DNA of 64,000 bases from Octopus vulgaris (GCA_951406725.2 OX597814.1:88226001-88290000); one strand, 5' to 3'. Shown: positions 14,628 through 29,334, counted from the first letter of the stretch. Numbers and translations are program-made. The notes: generated by a model from the sequence alone, not told the origin.

Positions 14628-15000
14628 TAGTTTTATTTTTATAGCGTGCTTTCACTTCACTACCGAGCGCAGCTCTGTGTGCCTTGGGTATGTGCTGTGA
14701 TTTGTTGTGATGCTCTGATGGTTATTGTATGGAAAGTGTTCTGCGTAGGATGTGTGCAGTGCCTAGTAGTGCAATTTTCTGTATGTTATATGTGTTTGTA
14801 AGTCCTGGTGTTTTTGTTATGTATTTGTCTGAATATTTTTTTATCATGCCTAATGCACCTACTATGATAGGAATTGTTTCTGTTTTTAGATTCCACATTC
14901 TGGTTACCTCTATTTCCAGGTCTTTGTATTTTGAAAGTTTCTCCATTTCTTTTAGAGACACGTTGTCATCTGCCGGTATTGATACATCAATTAGAAAGCA
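14624..15000 (-). mobile_element. 5'-truncated R4/Dong-like LINE (restriction-like endonuclease C-terminus) in (TAA)n
   Basis: CFLIDVSIPADDNVSLKEMEKLSKYKDLEIEVTRMW...IPIIVGALG...IQKIALLGTAHILRRTL; (ATT)n on both sides. Confidence 0.88.
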
Positions 15001-15075
<75 letters not shown>

Positions 15076-15426
15076 CATCATCGTTTTTGTTGTTATTATT
15101 ATCATTATTGTTGTTGTTGTTGTTGTTACACAAGACAAAATTGTATAGTTTAGCTGATGATGTTTTATCGTAGATTTTCATTAATAAACATTATATAAAC
15201 AGTAAACGTTTTGTTTGACCAATATTACTCTTGGGTCGTAGTTGTAAATTTGACTGACTAAAAACACTCGCCATACCGATTCATTAGCGGTTATGATTGA
15301 CTGTATTACAACTATCATTTTCTTAAGGTAGCAAAAGATTTACAATAATTATTTTTCACTTTGGCACAAGCTCCAGGTTTATAAACAGGCGATTGAACAA
15401 ACCTCAGAATATTGCTATGTATCTTA

Positions 15427-15656
15427 TTTCCTTATTGCCCACAAGAGGCTAAACATAGAGGGGACAAACAAGGACAGGCAAAGGGATTAAGTCGATTAGA
15501 TCGATCCCAATGCGTAACTGGTACTTATTTATCGACCCCCGAAAGGATGAAAGGCAAAGTCGACCTCGGCGGAATTTGAACTCAGAACGTAACGGCAGAC
15601 GAAATACGGCTACGCATTTCGCCCGGCGTGCTAACGATTCTGCCAGCTCACCGCCT
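15427..15656 (-). mobile_element. SINE family A with spacer module, nested in an older degenerate copy
   Basis: Highly similar to unit 1 of the trimers. Confidence 0.85.
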
Positions 15657-16025
15657 GTATCTTATTATATCAACTGTCAGAATGAACGGCAAAGTTGACG
15701 TCGGCTGAGTTTTGAACGAAGACCCTTAAAAAGATGTAGCTAAATACCAAACACCATTTTGTCAAGCACTTTACTGGTTTCGTAAGCTATTGTCGTTTTA
15801 ACCTTTCCGAATATTACATTTAAGATGGCAGCAGTTATGTTCTGAATATACAGTACTTCATGTAATACTTAGTTTCGAATCTATGCCTTTTGAGCCCAAG
15901 TCTCTTCAAATCAATTGAATCTTCTAACCGGCGAAAAGCCAATCTCAAAATATTAGTCTCTTCTACATTTCACGATGTATTAACATACACGTCATTTACT
16001 TTTATTTTTAATACATTTGAAGATG

Positions 16026-16272
16026 AAAGGCGGCGATTTGGCAGAATCGTTAGCATGAAAAGTGGCAAGCTGACAGAATCGTCAGAACGTTGGACAAATG
16101 CTTAGCGGCATTTCGTCCATCTTTACGTTCTGAATTCAAATTCCACCGAAGTCGAATTTACCTTTCACTTTTTCGGGGGTCGATAAAATAAATACCGGTT
16201 GAGCAGTAAGGAGGTCGATGTAATCAAATTACTTTCCTTCCCCTAAATTGCTGGCATTGTGCCGAGATTTGA
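16026..16272 (+). mobile_element. SINE family A monomer with duplicated head
   Basis: aaggcggcgatttggcagaatcgttagc then aagtggcaagctgacagaatcgtcag, followed by the core. Confidence 0.8.
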
Positions 16273-16569
16273 AGATGATGCAACTTATCACTAAACATCT
16301 ATTCTAGTTTTTATATCTGATTAACCCTTTAACATTGTGGAAATCGATAAAATGAGTAGCAGTAATACATACTGTGTAAATTCTATGTGCTGTAACTCTG
16401 CCTACCAGCTGACCGCCCGTTCATATAAGAAACTCATATCACGAGTGCCTCTCCTTGGTTGCTCGATTTGCTTGAAATGACAGCCAAATTTCCTTCCAAT
16501 CACATTATATCGTCTTAAGAACTGTTACATTGATAATATAGTCCTAGATACATTGTATTGTAAAAATAT

Positions 16570-16916
16570 AAGGCACGAGCATGGCTGTGTGGTAAGAAGC
16601 TTGCTTCCCAACCACAAGGTTCCAGGTTCAGTCCCACTGCGGGACACCTTCTACTCTAGCCTCAGGCCGAACGAAGCCCTGTGAGCGGGTTTGATAAATT
16701 AAAACTGAAAGAAGCATGTCATGTGTGCGTGTGTATGTGTGAGTGTGCGTGTGTGCGTGTGTGTGTGCGTGCGTGCATGTGTGGCTGGCCTCCACCCCCG
16801 CTTGACAACCGGGATTGGTGTGATTACGTCCTCGTAACCTAGTGGTTCGGCAATAGAGACTGATAGAATAAGTAACAGGCGCTATATATATATATATATA
16901 CATATGTGCGTGTGTA

Positions 16917-17001
<85 letters not shown>

Positions 17002-17040
17002 TAAGTAGTGGAATCGATTCGCTTGACTAAAGTGCTTCCA
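16570..17040 (+). mobile_element. tRNA-derived SINE family B (CORE-like, octopus OR-type) with internal microsatellites
   Basis: ggctgtgtggtaagaagcttgcttcccaacc...ggttcagtcccactgc...cttgacaaccg...gatagaataagta. Confidence 0.8.
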
Positions 17041-17412
17041 GTCTAATGACTCAAAAGAGCAAAAGGTGAAAAATCATATATATATATATATATATATGAT
17101 CTTTCATCTTTTGCTCTTTTATATATATATATATAAAGACAAAAAGGTAAGATGGTAATGACTTGAACGTTAGGGTTGAGGCTGAGATTATCTCGTAGGC
17201 GTGCTTGAAAAGAGGTGACCTGGAGCTAAAGGAATAATAGCAGTAACAACAACTACAACCAATATCATAAATGTCCAGTAAACTCAAGTAGGTTGCTGGA
17301 TTAACAGATGTTCTATCTTTCTATCATTACGCATTGTACGAATCATGCAAGAAAAGTTGATCTCTCTATCCAGGCTATTTACTCTGGCTTGCCAAGAATT
17401 GATTCTCTAGAG

Positions 17413-17720
17413 CAGTGGTTCTCAGCCGGAGATCATATGGCCCCTGAGGGTCCATATAAGATTTTTGGGGTCTACACAATAAAATAGTAAATTGGGAATT
17501 TTTAAGGGTCCCAGAATAAATTTTGCTTTATATGTATGTATTGGTATGTATTGCAATAAACAACTAGGTTCCTCTCTCTGTTACTTTACATAGTTCAACC
17601 TAGACAAGTTAATGTATGAAAAGCAAAATAAGAATTTTGGAAGTTTCTTTAAATCTAGTTTTTAAACATCGAATGGCTATGGGGGTCCACCAAAATGAAA
17701 TAATAATCAAAGAGGTCTTT
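17413..17720. mobile_element. hAT-like MITE fragment (one terminus visible)
   Basis: Starts cagtggttctcagccgg; repeated gggtcc subterminal motifs; right end not found. Confidence 0.5.
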
Positions 17721-17730
17721 GATTTAGATT

Positions 17731-17957
17731 ATACCTATTTCTTTACTACCCACAAGGGGCTAAACACAGAGATGACATACAAGGACAGACAAACGGATTA
17801 AGTCGATTATATCGACCCCAGTGCGTAACTGGTACTTATTTAGTCGACCCCGAAAGGATGAAAGGCAAAGTCGACCTCGGCGGAATTTGAACTCGGCAGA
17901 CGAAATACCGCTAAGCATTTCGCCCGGCGTGCTAACGATTCTGCCAGCTCACCACCT
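17731..17957 (-). mobile_element. SINE family A with spacer module
   Basis: Highly similar to trimer unit 1. Confidence 0.85.
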
Positions 17958-18016
17958 TTCTACCAGCTCGCTTTAGAGTATACCTTCTTGCCAGAAACAT
18001 GGTACCACATAACAAC

Positions 18017-18271
18017 CAGGGGTGGTGCTAGTTGGTGCGGGGCCCAATTACAGAATTGTCAGTAGGACCCTCTACTCTACAAGATTGAAGATTTGATGTT
18101 TTATGCTTCGTGTAGTACGCCAGCGAAGCCAAAAAGCATTGAGGACTTGAGGTTTCACCATTATCCACAATGATATACTAAAAATTCATCATAGCCTCTT
18201 CGCTGTGCACGGGACCCTCTTTGGTGCGGAGCCCAATTTGCACAAGTTTAATTGGCTTAAGCCCGACCCTG
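18017..18271. mobile_element. Degenerate hAT-like MITE
   Basis: cagggg...ccctg termini, repeated ttggtgcgg.gcccaatt, decayed 8-bp TSD ataacaac/atggtaac. Confidence 0.5.
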
Positions 18272-19349
18272 ATGGTAACATTACATCTTACTCTTAATAT
18301 TCGTCATGCAGTTATCATGTAAACATATTTTATGCAAGGTTAAACTTGGAAATATCGTATTATGGATGCTGTTTGTCCCACATGTATTTTCTTAAATAAT
18401 TACAAAGAAAATCATTAACAAATCTTCGTAAGAGCCTCTTAAGGTTATATCTACTTGTAATAGATTACATTGGTATTACACCTTGTATCATTTCATGATG
18501 AAATCTAAAATATCAAAGTTGTGTCGCTGTTGGAGAGAGTGAGGGGAAAGAAGGGCGAACGTCCCAATGGAATTTCACTTCATAACAAACCACGATAAAG
18601 TTGAAGTGATAAATTACGCGCACGCTCCTACGCACGTACACACCCACGCACGTACACATCTGAACAATACACGCACGCGCGTTTCTAAGCGTCTGCGTGC
18701 ATGTGTATATATACACACACACATGTATGTATATATGTGTGAATGTGTGTGTGTGCGCGCGTGCATTCGCGCACAAAGTATATACACGACCATATACACA
18801 TGAACACACAACCATGGATACACATAAACACACAAACCTATATATATATGTATATATATATATATATATTCATACACACACACACACATATATATATATA
18901 GTACACATAAAAATAGACTCACGCACACACATGTACACAAACACACACACACGTTAAAAAGCATGTGTGTGTGTGTGTGTGTGCGTGTGTGTGTGTCTGT
19001 GTGTGTGTCTGTGTGTGTGTGTGTGTGTGTGTCTGTCTGTTTGTGTGTGTCTGTGTGTGTGTGTGTGTTTTCAGTTTTAGGTATAACTTCGGTTCTGTAT
19101 ATGATGGAATCCTTCCTTCAAAAAGACTATTCAAAGAATTTATCACATCTTAAAAGATTGTTAATTTTCAACATATCGCTCCTAATTATTATACAGAGCA
19201 TAATGAATTTCTAAAGGTCTAGAAATATGCACTGTAGCACGTCTTCAGTCAAACCCTAAATTACATTAGTTTCTGTAACCCATAACACTTCTGCAGAACG
19301 ATATATCTTTACATTAGTTGTACTGGTTATACGCCGAAATATTGAAGTA

Positions 19350-19573
19350 GGAATCCTTTCTCCTATAGGTACAAGGCTTGAAATGTTGGGAGAGGGGGTG
19401 GAATCTCAATTATATCGACACCACTTTTTTTATTAGTACTTAATTTATCGACGCCGAAAGGGGTGAGAAGCAAAGTCAACCTCGACGGGATTAGAACTCA
19501 AAACGCTAAGACGGACGAAATGCCGCTAAGCATTTTTTCCGGCGTGCTAACGATTCTGCCAGCTCCCCGCCTT
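19350..19573 (-). mobile_element. SINE family A monomer
   Basis: Reverse complement of family head and core. Confidence 0.8.
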
Positions 19574-19819
19574 GTTTGAAGTAATAATAATTTTTTAAAC
19601 AATTATAAAGTTTTTTTTATAAAGAACGACGGTAATGTAGGTGCATCAGCTTCCTAAATGCTTTTTCTAGATTAATTCTTACATAAATGGTATTAATATC
19701 ATGAAAACGTAATAAATTAATATTGAATTGAAAATTGTGGAATGACTTCATAATAATCATGTATACGTGCCACCATATATATACAAATACGCTCATAAAC
19801 ACATATATTGTGAGAATGA

Positions 19820-19892
<73 letters not shown>

Positions 19893-19999
19893 CGTGTGTG
19901 TGTGAGATATATGTGTGTGTGTATAAAATAATGTTTGTGGCTTATTAGCAATTTAAATTTGTCTTTAGGTTATATATATATATATATATATATATGTAT

Positions 20000-20601
20000 G
20001 CGTGTGTATATGTTTGTCTGTCTGTGTTTGTCCCCCCCCCCCCTCCCAACATCGTTTGACAACCGATGCTGGTGTATGTCTATATAACTTAGCAGATCGG
20101 CAAAATAGACCGATAGAATAAGTACTAGGCTTACAAAGAATAAGTCCTGGGGCCGATTTGCTCGACTAAAGGCGATGCTCCAGCATGGCCGCAGTCAAGT
20201 AACTAAAACAAGCAAGTATGTATGTATGTATTATAGTGGCTTCATGATTCGAAGATTGTGATTTCGGTTCTTGGATTGGGCGATGTGTTGTGTTTTTGAT
20301 CGAAACACTTCATTTCACATTGCTCCAGTCCACTCAGCTGGCAAAAATGAGTAATCCTCCAAGAGACCTGTTCAGGGGTAAAAAATATATATACGCATGG
20401 AAAACGGGAAACCGGTCCTATGAGTCTATGTCACACAGAAAGGAAATTTATTCCGTCTACCAAATCCAGTCACAAAGCTTTGGCAAGCCCGAGGCTATAG
20501 TAGAAAATGCTCGCCCAAGGTGCCACGCAGTGGGATTGAACCTGGAACCATGTTGTTGGGAAGCAAGCTTCTTACTACACTGCCACTCCTGCGCCTATTT
20601 G

Positions 20602-20677
<76 letters not shown>

Positions 20678-20721
20678 CACACACACACACATATATATAT
20701 ATATGTGTATATATATATATG

Positions 20722-20773
<52 letters not shown>

Positions 20774-21030
20774 CATATATATATATATGCACACATATAT
20801 ATATATATGTGTGTGTGTGAGTGTGTGTGTGTATGTGTGTTTATGTGTCTGTGTTTGTCTCTCCATGATCGCTTGACAACCGATGTTGGTGTATTTACGT
20901 CCCCTTAACGATAGAATAAGTACTAGGTTTTCAAAGAATAAGTCCTACGGTTGTTTTGTTCGACTAAAGGCGTTGCTCCAGCATGGCCGCAGTCAAATGA
21001 CAAGAATAAAAGAACAAAAGAATAAAAGAA
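20000..21030. mobile_element. Cluster of SINE B and C fragments interleaved with (TA)/(TG) microsatellites
   Basis: B 3' half (+) ~20000-20215, C (+) ~20232-20425, B head (-) ~20450-20597, B 3' half (+) ~20840-21030. Confidence 0.75.
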
Positions 21031-21117
21031 TATATATTTATATATATATATTTATATATTACACTTTACCTTTATATATATTACCCTTTATTATTTTTTA
21101 TATATATGTATGTTTAC

Positions 21118-21172
<55 letters not shown>

Positions 21173-21335
21173 TACATATATATATATACATACATGCATA
21201 CATACATACATGCATTTATACACACACACACACACATGTGTGTGTATATATGCATGTATGTATATATGTATGTATGTATGTAATATATATATGTATACAT
21301 GTGTACATATGCGTGTGTACAGAAATACATACGAT

Positions 21336-21390
<55 letters not shown>

Positions 21391-21713
21391 GTAATCTGAA
21401 TCTCTCATCCTCTATATTCAGCAGGGATGGGGGAGATTTGATGAAAAAGGGAGAGAGAAGTGAGGAATAGAAGAATGAAATAAAAATGTTAAAATTTCAT
21501 TGCCTCACTTCCTTCTTGGGAATGGGTGGAGATTATTTCACGTATAATCAGAATACAAATGAGGGGATTTCTCCCTTCTAAACATTCTATCTCCCTTCCT
21601 TTACCATTTATACTGAATAAGTTTTCTGTCCACAGATATTAAAAAGCAAACGACGGCTGTTCTTTGGGAATTAAAACTTACCACGGTGAAGATAAATTTG
21701 AGAAGTAGCAGCA

Positions 21714-21780
21714 ATGACACAAGTCAAATTGCAAGTACTTTACTTTGCCATGGTACATCTATTACTCCTCGTTTCCAAAG
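21714..21780 (+). CDS. Ly6/uPAR (three-finger, quiver/sleepless-like) gene, coding exon 1: signal peptide MTQVKLQVLYFAMVHLLLLVSK
   Basis: ATG at 21714 with purine at -3 and an in-frame TGA at 21699-21701; hydrophobic 22-aa leader; strong donor AAG|gtaagt at 21780/21781 (phase 1); upstream acceptor ttttctgtccacag ending 21635; phase matches exon 2. Confidence 0.8.
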
Positions 21781-22038
21781 GTAAGTGAAAAAACAAATTA
21801 ATAAATACCCACACATATAAATAGATATGCGTGTACACATGTATGTATGTATGTATGTATGTATGTATGTATGTATGTATGTATGTATGTATGTATGTAT
21901 GCGTGTATGTGTATGTATATATATATAAATTATAATTTAGGGTTTTAGAGTCAAGTTTTAATAATAATTATTACATTTGAAGGTTTTTATTCCCTTGCTG
22001 GCCACCTGATAACATCGATATTTAAATAACGATCTTAC

Positions 22039-22109
<71 letters not shown>

Positions 22110-22427
22110 AATATATGTAAAATCAATTTAGCATTAAACTGAAGAATCACTCCATAGCTTTTGGTAAAGTGCATGTTTATGCAACTTTTACGAGTAGAAT
22201 GGCGATAATGACTATGAAGTATTGAAGTATGCACACACATATACACACACATACAGAAACACACACACACATGTATATGTATGTATAGCATATATACAGA
22301 CGTATATGCATATGTATAAATATCTGTTACGTGCGTGCGAGTGTGTGCATGTTTGTGTTTGGGCGTTGATATTAATGTACTTGCTTTTGTTTTTAATTCC
22401 AAGTTTTCCCTTTTTATTTACATGGTT

Positions 22428-22827
22428 GATAATCCTTTCTGCTATAGGCACAAAGGGTGGAATTTGTGGGGAGGGGGACAGTTGAGTACGTCAACCCCAG
22501 TACCCAACTGGTACTTATTTCATCGACCTCGAAAAGATGAAAGGCAAAGTCGACCCCGGCGGTATTTGAACTCAGAACGTAGCGACGGGTGAAATACCTA
22601 TTTCTTTACTACCCAAAAGGGGCTAAATATAGAGGGGACAAACAAGGACAGACAAACGGATTAAGTCGATTATGTCGATCCCAGGGCGTAACTGGTACTT
22701 ATTTAATCGACCCCGAAAGGATGAAAGGCAAAGTCGACCTCGGCGGAATTTGAACTCAGAACGTAACGGCAGACGAAATGTCGCTTAGCATTTCGCCCGG
22801 CGTGCTAACGTTTCTGCCAGCTCACCG
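22428..22827 (-). mobile_element. SINE family A dimer
   Basis: Two core units separated by the spacer module. Confidence 0.88.
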
Positions 22828-23184
22828 ATAATAAGCTGTTGTATTGGCGGTTGTTAAATTGCATGAATAGATAAAATGCACGCTCACACACCACACACAC
22901 ACACACGTGTGCATTTATGCATATACATAAATATATTTAACAACGGGTACTCCGTGGGTTACGAGGACGGGATTTCCAGTTGATCAGCTTGCACGTGAAA
23001 TTAAGTGGGTGAGCACACCACTGACATGTGTGTACTCTTAACTTAGTTCTTAGGGAGATTTCACTGCGACAGTGTGTGACAAGGCCAGCCTTTTGAATTA
23101 CAGGTACAACTCAGTTTTGCTAGCTGAATATATACATATACATACACACACACACACACATATATATATGTGTATATATATGTG

Positions 23185-23230
<46 letters not shown>

Positions 23231-23664
23231 TACATTCACACTTACAGGTGTGCGTGCATGTATGCGCGCGTGTGTGTATGTATGTGTGTGTGTGTACGTG
23301 TGCGTCCGTATGTGTGTGTGTTAATGGACATAAACAAATGCAAAGAGAACGTTCTCATACGCACATATACACGCACATATATACACATACATATACACGC
23401 ACATATATATAAATACATACTCACACGCATATATACACGCATGCACACACACACACACACACATATGCGTGCGCGTGCGCATTTGGGATTGTCAGTTTCT
23501 TTACAGTTTTGCAATAACATCAAGATCGACAAAAGACTGCAACAAAACACTGTCGAAGATGCGATGCGATGCGACTGCAAATGAAAGCAAGTGGTTGTGA
23601 TATGAACTTCATTGGCACACATCTATAAACAAATATCCGTATATGCATTTGGAAGAAATCGATT

Positions 23665-23720
<56 letters not shown>

Positions 23721-23721
23721 T

Positions 23722-23779
<58 letters not shown>

Positions 23780-23796
23780 GGATGGATAGATAGATG

Positions 23797-23844
<48 letters not shown>

Positions 23845-23850
23845 TGAAGG

Positions 23851-23927
<77 letters not shown>
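23665..23927. repeat. (GATA)n microsatellite
   Basis: Direct reading. Confidence 0.95.
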
Positions 23928-24312
23928 CAAGACGTATGGCGGAGATGGAGAGGGAAAGAGGAAGGGACACTGTTGGCATTATGTAAAGTGTTGCTTGAAA
24001 CTAATTAACGGTGACGGAAGCAAACGTCGTACCACACACCCACGCTTGCACTTATATATATAATCAAAGTAAGCAATAAGAATATCTTCGGTAATTTGGT
24101 ACGATCGTTTCATGCTACATCATTTTATTAAACATTGTAAATATTACATCAGTTTTAAAATGTTGAGCAATCTTCAGCCATTCATAGAGGTTTTCTATCA
24201 ATACATATACTTATTTCCATGTCGATTGCTAACATTATAAAGAGGGTAGATATACAGACAGAGAGGTTGATTTGATTGTTAAGAACATTATAGTGTTATA
24301 ATATAGAATTAT

Positions 24313-24842
24313 GGTAGGCCAGAATTAGTGCCCCAACTTTATGTGTCCCAATTATATGTGTCTATTAGTCCTGTAGTTTCTTGATGCATGCTGTTATCAT
24401 TTCTACATGTCACTGATTATTCGACGTGTCGAATTTTGTGAGGGAATGCTGGCAGAAGCTAGAGATTCCAGATTTTTTGATCGACTCATTTTCTCTGATG
24501 AAGTGACCTTCCATGTTTCCGGTCACATCGACCGCCATAACTACTTCTATTATTCAGAAGATAACCCTAGAGTGGTTTGGGAAAAGCCCGTCAATTCACC
24601 TTCTCTTGTCTTCAGGAATTTGTGCATTCTATATTCAACGATAGACGATGACTGGTGATTGTTACCTAGCGTTGTGTGAAAACATCATCTGGCCGTATTT
24701 TCGATACCGTCATTCCAAAATATTTGTGCAAGATGGACCACTTCCTCGTTATGACAAACATATAAGAAACTTACTCTATCAGCATCTACGAAATCGTTAA
24801 AATTTTCAAAAACTCAAGTTGGGGCACTAATTTTGGCCCACC
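24313..24842 (+). mobile_element. Internally deleted Tc1/mariner-superfamily transposon
   Basis: 27-bp TIRs ggtaggccagaattagtgccccaactt / aagttggggcactaattttggcccacc; transposase remnant RRVEFC...LIFSDEVTFHVSGHIDRHN and a downstream FVQDG motif. Confidence 0.8.
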
Positions 24843-24847
24843 CAAAG

Positions 24848-24976
24848 CTCAGGTGTGACTGTGTGGTAAGAAGCTTGATTCCCAACCACGTAATTCCGGG
24901 TGTCTTCTACTATAGCCTCGGGCCGACCAAGGCTTTGTGAATGGATTTGGTAGACGGGAACTGGAAGAAACCTGCC

Positions 24977-25013
<37 letters not shown>

Positions 25014-25298
25014 TATATATATATTATATGTATATATATATGCATGTATGTATATATATATATGTATTTATGTATGTATATGTCTATGTGTATATATCTT
25101 TGTGTCTGTGTTTGTCCTCCCATTACCGTTTGACAACCGGTGTTGGTGTGCTTACGTCCCCATAACGTACCCGTTCGGCAAACAGGTCCGATAGAATAAG
25201 TACTAAGCTTAAAAATAATTAGTACGTGGGATGATTTGTTCGATTACAACCCTTCAAGGTTGCGTTCAAATGACTGAAACAAGTAAAATAATAAAGGA

Positions 25299-25300
<2 letters not shown>
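24848..25300 (+). mobile_element. SINE family B with expanded internal (TA) microsatellite
   Basis: Family B head, centre and tail tgactgaaacaagtaaaa. Confidence 0.8.
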
Positions 25301-25339
<39 letters not shown>

Positions 25340-25692
25340 AATATATATTTATATATCAACCAATTATAAAGAATACGGATAATTGATGCTTGTTATGACC
25401 ATTAATGCTTAATTACTGCTTGATGAGGTTAACTGTAACCTGAAATATACAATATCCGCCTGGATGATTTTATCCCTCTACATTCACACAATACGCGCGC
25501 GGGTGCACACACACACACACAGAGGCAGGCAGGCATACATACATACATACATACATACATACATACATACATACATACATACATACATACATACATACAT
25601 ACATACATAGTACATACACACACACGTACACACAAACGCAGGCATACATACATACATACATACATACATACATACATACATACATACATACA

Positions 25693-25723
<31 letters not shown>

Positions 25724-27360
25724 GTATATGTATATATATATATACATATATAATTGAAAAGGAATAGGAGAATGGAGACTTATTCACATCCAGAAATTTT
25801 TATTAAAAAAGTTTTCTACAGCATATATAAGATTGAGCAGTATATGTTCCAATTTCAGCTACTATACATTGTTCCGTATGAAATTATGCATCCTAGTCGC
25901 TGCAATTTCATCAAGGGCCCATCACTTACGACGTTTTCGAAGTGAACTAATTCCAACAAGCTTCTTGCGTTGATATTCAGTTGAAGGCTATAGGGTTACT
26001 TTTTAAATCAAATTGAAATCTGGTCTTATAATAACCTCTACTGGTATTACAGTTGAATCGTGGTTTATAAAATGTTCATACATATTACAATCAGTTGTAG
26101 CAGTTTTGCTTGCATTTTACTGTATGGGGTACACCATTTATTTAGAGATAATTCACTTAAGTTTGGGTTTATACCAGAGACGTGCTGTCTGGGTTGGTAG
26201 TGCCTGCTTTGAATAAAATAGATCGATAGAGACATTTACCTTTTATGGCAAAATATACACCTAATTCAGTAAACTTATGAAGGTTACTCTGAACACCATG
26301 CATAAAATGCAAAATATCTTATTTTTATGTATAATAATTTGCCCCTGCCTTTCAATCTCTGCATTTAAGCTACGCATAATACTGCTGTAGTACATGTGCT
26401 GCGTACATTTCTACAACACCGTTCTCTTTACATACTATAAAGGCAGAAGCAAATCTGCCTTCAACTCAGTCGCGCGCCTGTGTTTCGCTTATTTTTTGTG
26501 TGTTTTACTACATAACGGTCACCAACTGCCTACCTTGAGTAATTACTGACGGCACGTGCCTGGTTTATACCCTCAATATTATTATTATTATTATTATCAC
26601 TAAAATTATTTTAGTATTATTTGCAAAAATATCATTAACTATCATAATCATTATGTTATCAAGTATAATTACTATAGATGGTAACTTATGCTTCTTTAAC
26701 TCGTTTAAATGTATATTTAATCCAATGTGGACATCTCAAAGTCTGTTCCTGTCTAGTGTTTATAATAATATATTTAGAAAGAAAATTTGGTACATTTCCT
26801 CCACACAGAAATTTACCTCTATTATCGCCTATTCTATAAGGTTTTACTTTACTAATAATTTCCTAAGCAATCGAAAATACTTGTTTACTATCTTTAAGTG
26901 TCCAAATTAGCTTACTAAGGCTGGTAGAATTCATTTTGTCCCTATTTCTAAGCGAGCTTAAAAGTTTGGTAATTATCTGCTTAATATAACATAAGCTAGC
27001 TCCTATATAGAAATATTCTCTATCCTCTGAGGTTATCTTACATCAGTATACGATATTTTCATGTTTACAATCAGAGCCAAGCGAACAGACCCTGTACCTT
27101 GCACAATTGCAACTAATAGTTCTAGTACTTCCATCACTATCATCCACTTCGCCTACTCTATATGTGATTTTTATATTCTCCTGTATGTCTTCTAAGCTAT
27201 AATCCTCTCCACAGAGACAACACTCTGAGGACTTTGCCCTCTAGGATTCATATCCACAACTGTTGAGCTCCCTCGGGTCTTTTCAACTCCATTGGTTGTC
27301 AAGATAGTTCCTATCTTGATACCCAGTTGTGTCACCGACATACATACATTCACACACACA

Positions 27361-27400
<40 letters not shown>

Positions 27401-27814
27401 TATACAGACAGACAAGGACACAAATACACATACACTTAGACACACACATACACACATCTCGACTGACATCACACTACTATGACGGTGGATTAATCGGAAT
27501 TCTTTAAGGAGCGACCAAGATGCTTTTGCAATATATTGTTCTGGGTGTTTGAGTTCTCGCAGCAACACTTGAATCGAGCCAAGCTCCAATATCAGCTCCA
27601 ATACAGAGCGACTTTTCTCTTGAATAAAAATCCGTTGCGTGACGAGCGAATACTGCATGAATTGCTGGTCTTTCTTACAAAGATTTTTGACAAGGCCTGC
27701 GCGAAGATGTATAACCTACAGTAAGTGGTAGTGTCCCTACAATGTGTACGTGTGTGTTGGTATGTGTATGAGCAAACAGGATAAAAAGAAAAGCCTTTCC
27801 CGAGCTATAGACTT

Positions 27815-28032
27815 ATCAGGCCGAATTCCCTGATTTTATGGCGTGTGTAGAGTCTACGCCATCATAAACAAGACGTGGTCCATTAGAGAATTGCTCAATT
27901 TTACCAACTGAGCGGAGAGCAGCAACATGAAATGAAGTGTTTTGCTCAAAAACACAACGGATAGCCTGGTCCAAATACCGAAACAACAATCTGCCGATCA
28001 TGAATGTAACACCTTAACTACTAAGCCTCGCA
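27815..28032 (-). mobile_element. Degenerate SINE family C
   Basis: Reverse complement of head ggtgcgaggcttagtagttaaggtg and ttgagcaaaacacttcatttc. Confidence 0.6.
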
Positions 28033-28065
28033 CCTACACACACACACACACACACACACACGCAT

Positions 28066-28098
<33 letters not shown>

Positions 28099-28135
28099 TA
28101 CATACACATGCACTCACTCAAACATACACACAGGC

Positions 28136-28190
<55 letters not shown>

Positions 28191-28219
28191 TAGATAGATA
28201 GATAGGTAGATTGATATAA

Positions 28220-28743
28220 ATGAGTGACTGTGTGGTAAGTAGCTGTGTTTGTGTATGTATATATGTGTATATGTTTGTGTGTGTGTGTGTATGTATGTAT
28301 GCGTATATGTTTGTGTGTCTATATTTGCCCCTCCAACATCGCTTGACAACCGATGCTGGTGTGTATACGTCTCCGTAACTTAGCGGTTCGGCAAAAGAGA
28401 CCGATACAATAAATACTAGGCTTACAAAGAATAAGCCCTGGGGTCCATTTGCTCGACTAATTGCGGTACTCCAGCATGGCCGCAGTCAAATGACTGAAAC
28501 AAATAAAGGAATAAAAGAATATTATGTATTCTTTTATTCTTTTATTCCTTTATTTGCTCGTCATTTGGCTTTTGAAGCACCGCCTTTAAGGGTCTTTTAG
28601 TCGAACAAATCGACCCCAGGCCTTATTCTTTGTAGGCCCAAAACTTATTTTATCGGTCATTTTTGCCAAACCGCTAAGTTACGGGGACATAAACACACCA
28701 ACATAGATTGTCAAGTGATGTGGGGGGGAGACAAACACAGACA

Positions 28744-28803
<60 letters not shown>

Positions 28804-29225
28804 CGACGGGCTTCTTTCAGCTTCTGTCTACCAATTCCTCTCACTAGACTTTGGTCGGCCCGAGGTTATAGAAGAAGACACTTGCCCAAAGTGTCACGCA
28901 GTGGGTCTGAACCCGGAACCATGTGGTTGGGAAGGAAGCTTACCACACAGAACCGAAAGAATCCAGTTGTATGAACGCGTGTGTGTGTTGCTTTGTATTC
29001 GTGTCTGCGTTTATTTTTCCACCGCATGGCAACCGGTGTTGGTTTGCTTCCGCCGATAGAATAAATACCAGACTTTAAAAATAAAAGAAAAATAAGCCCT
29101 AAGAGTCGATTTTTTTCGGCTATATCCTCCAGGGATTTTTCAACTAAGTCCTCCAAGGATTTCTTCGACTAAATCCCCAGTATGGCCGCAGTCCAATAAC
29201 TGAAACAAGTGAAAAATAAAAGAAG
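28220..29225. mobile_element. Three SINE B copies: + (28220-28521), - (28527-28950), + 3' half (28980-29225)
   Basis: Tails meet at aaagaata-ttatg-tattcttt, giving a tail-to-tail inverted pair. Confidence 0.85.
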
Positions 29226-29334
29226 ATACAGCAATCGTTACAGTTTGTCACGCTTTCCTTATACACCTTCTGGCGTGAAATAATGTGTGTAATTTTCAAA
29301 TATTTTTATTTTAATAAATCTCGTAGATTATAAA

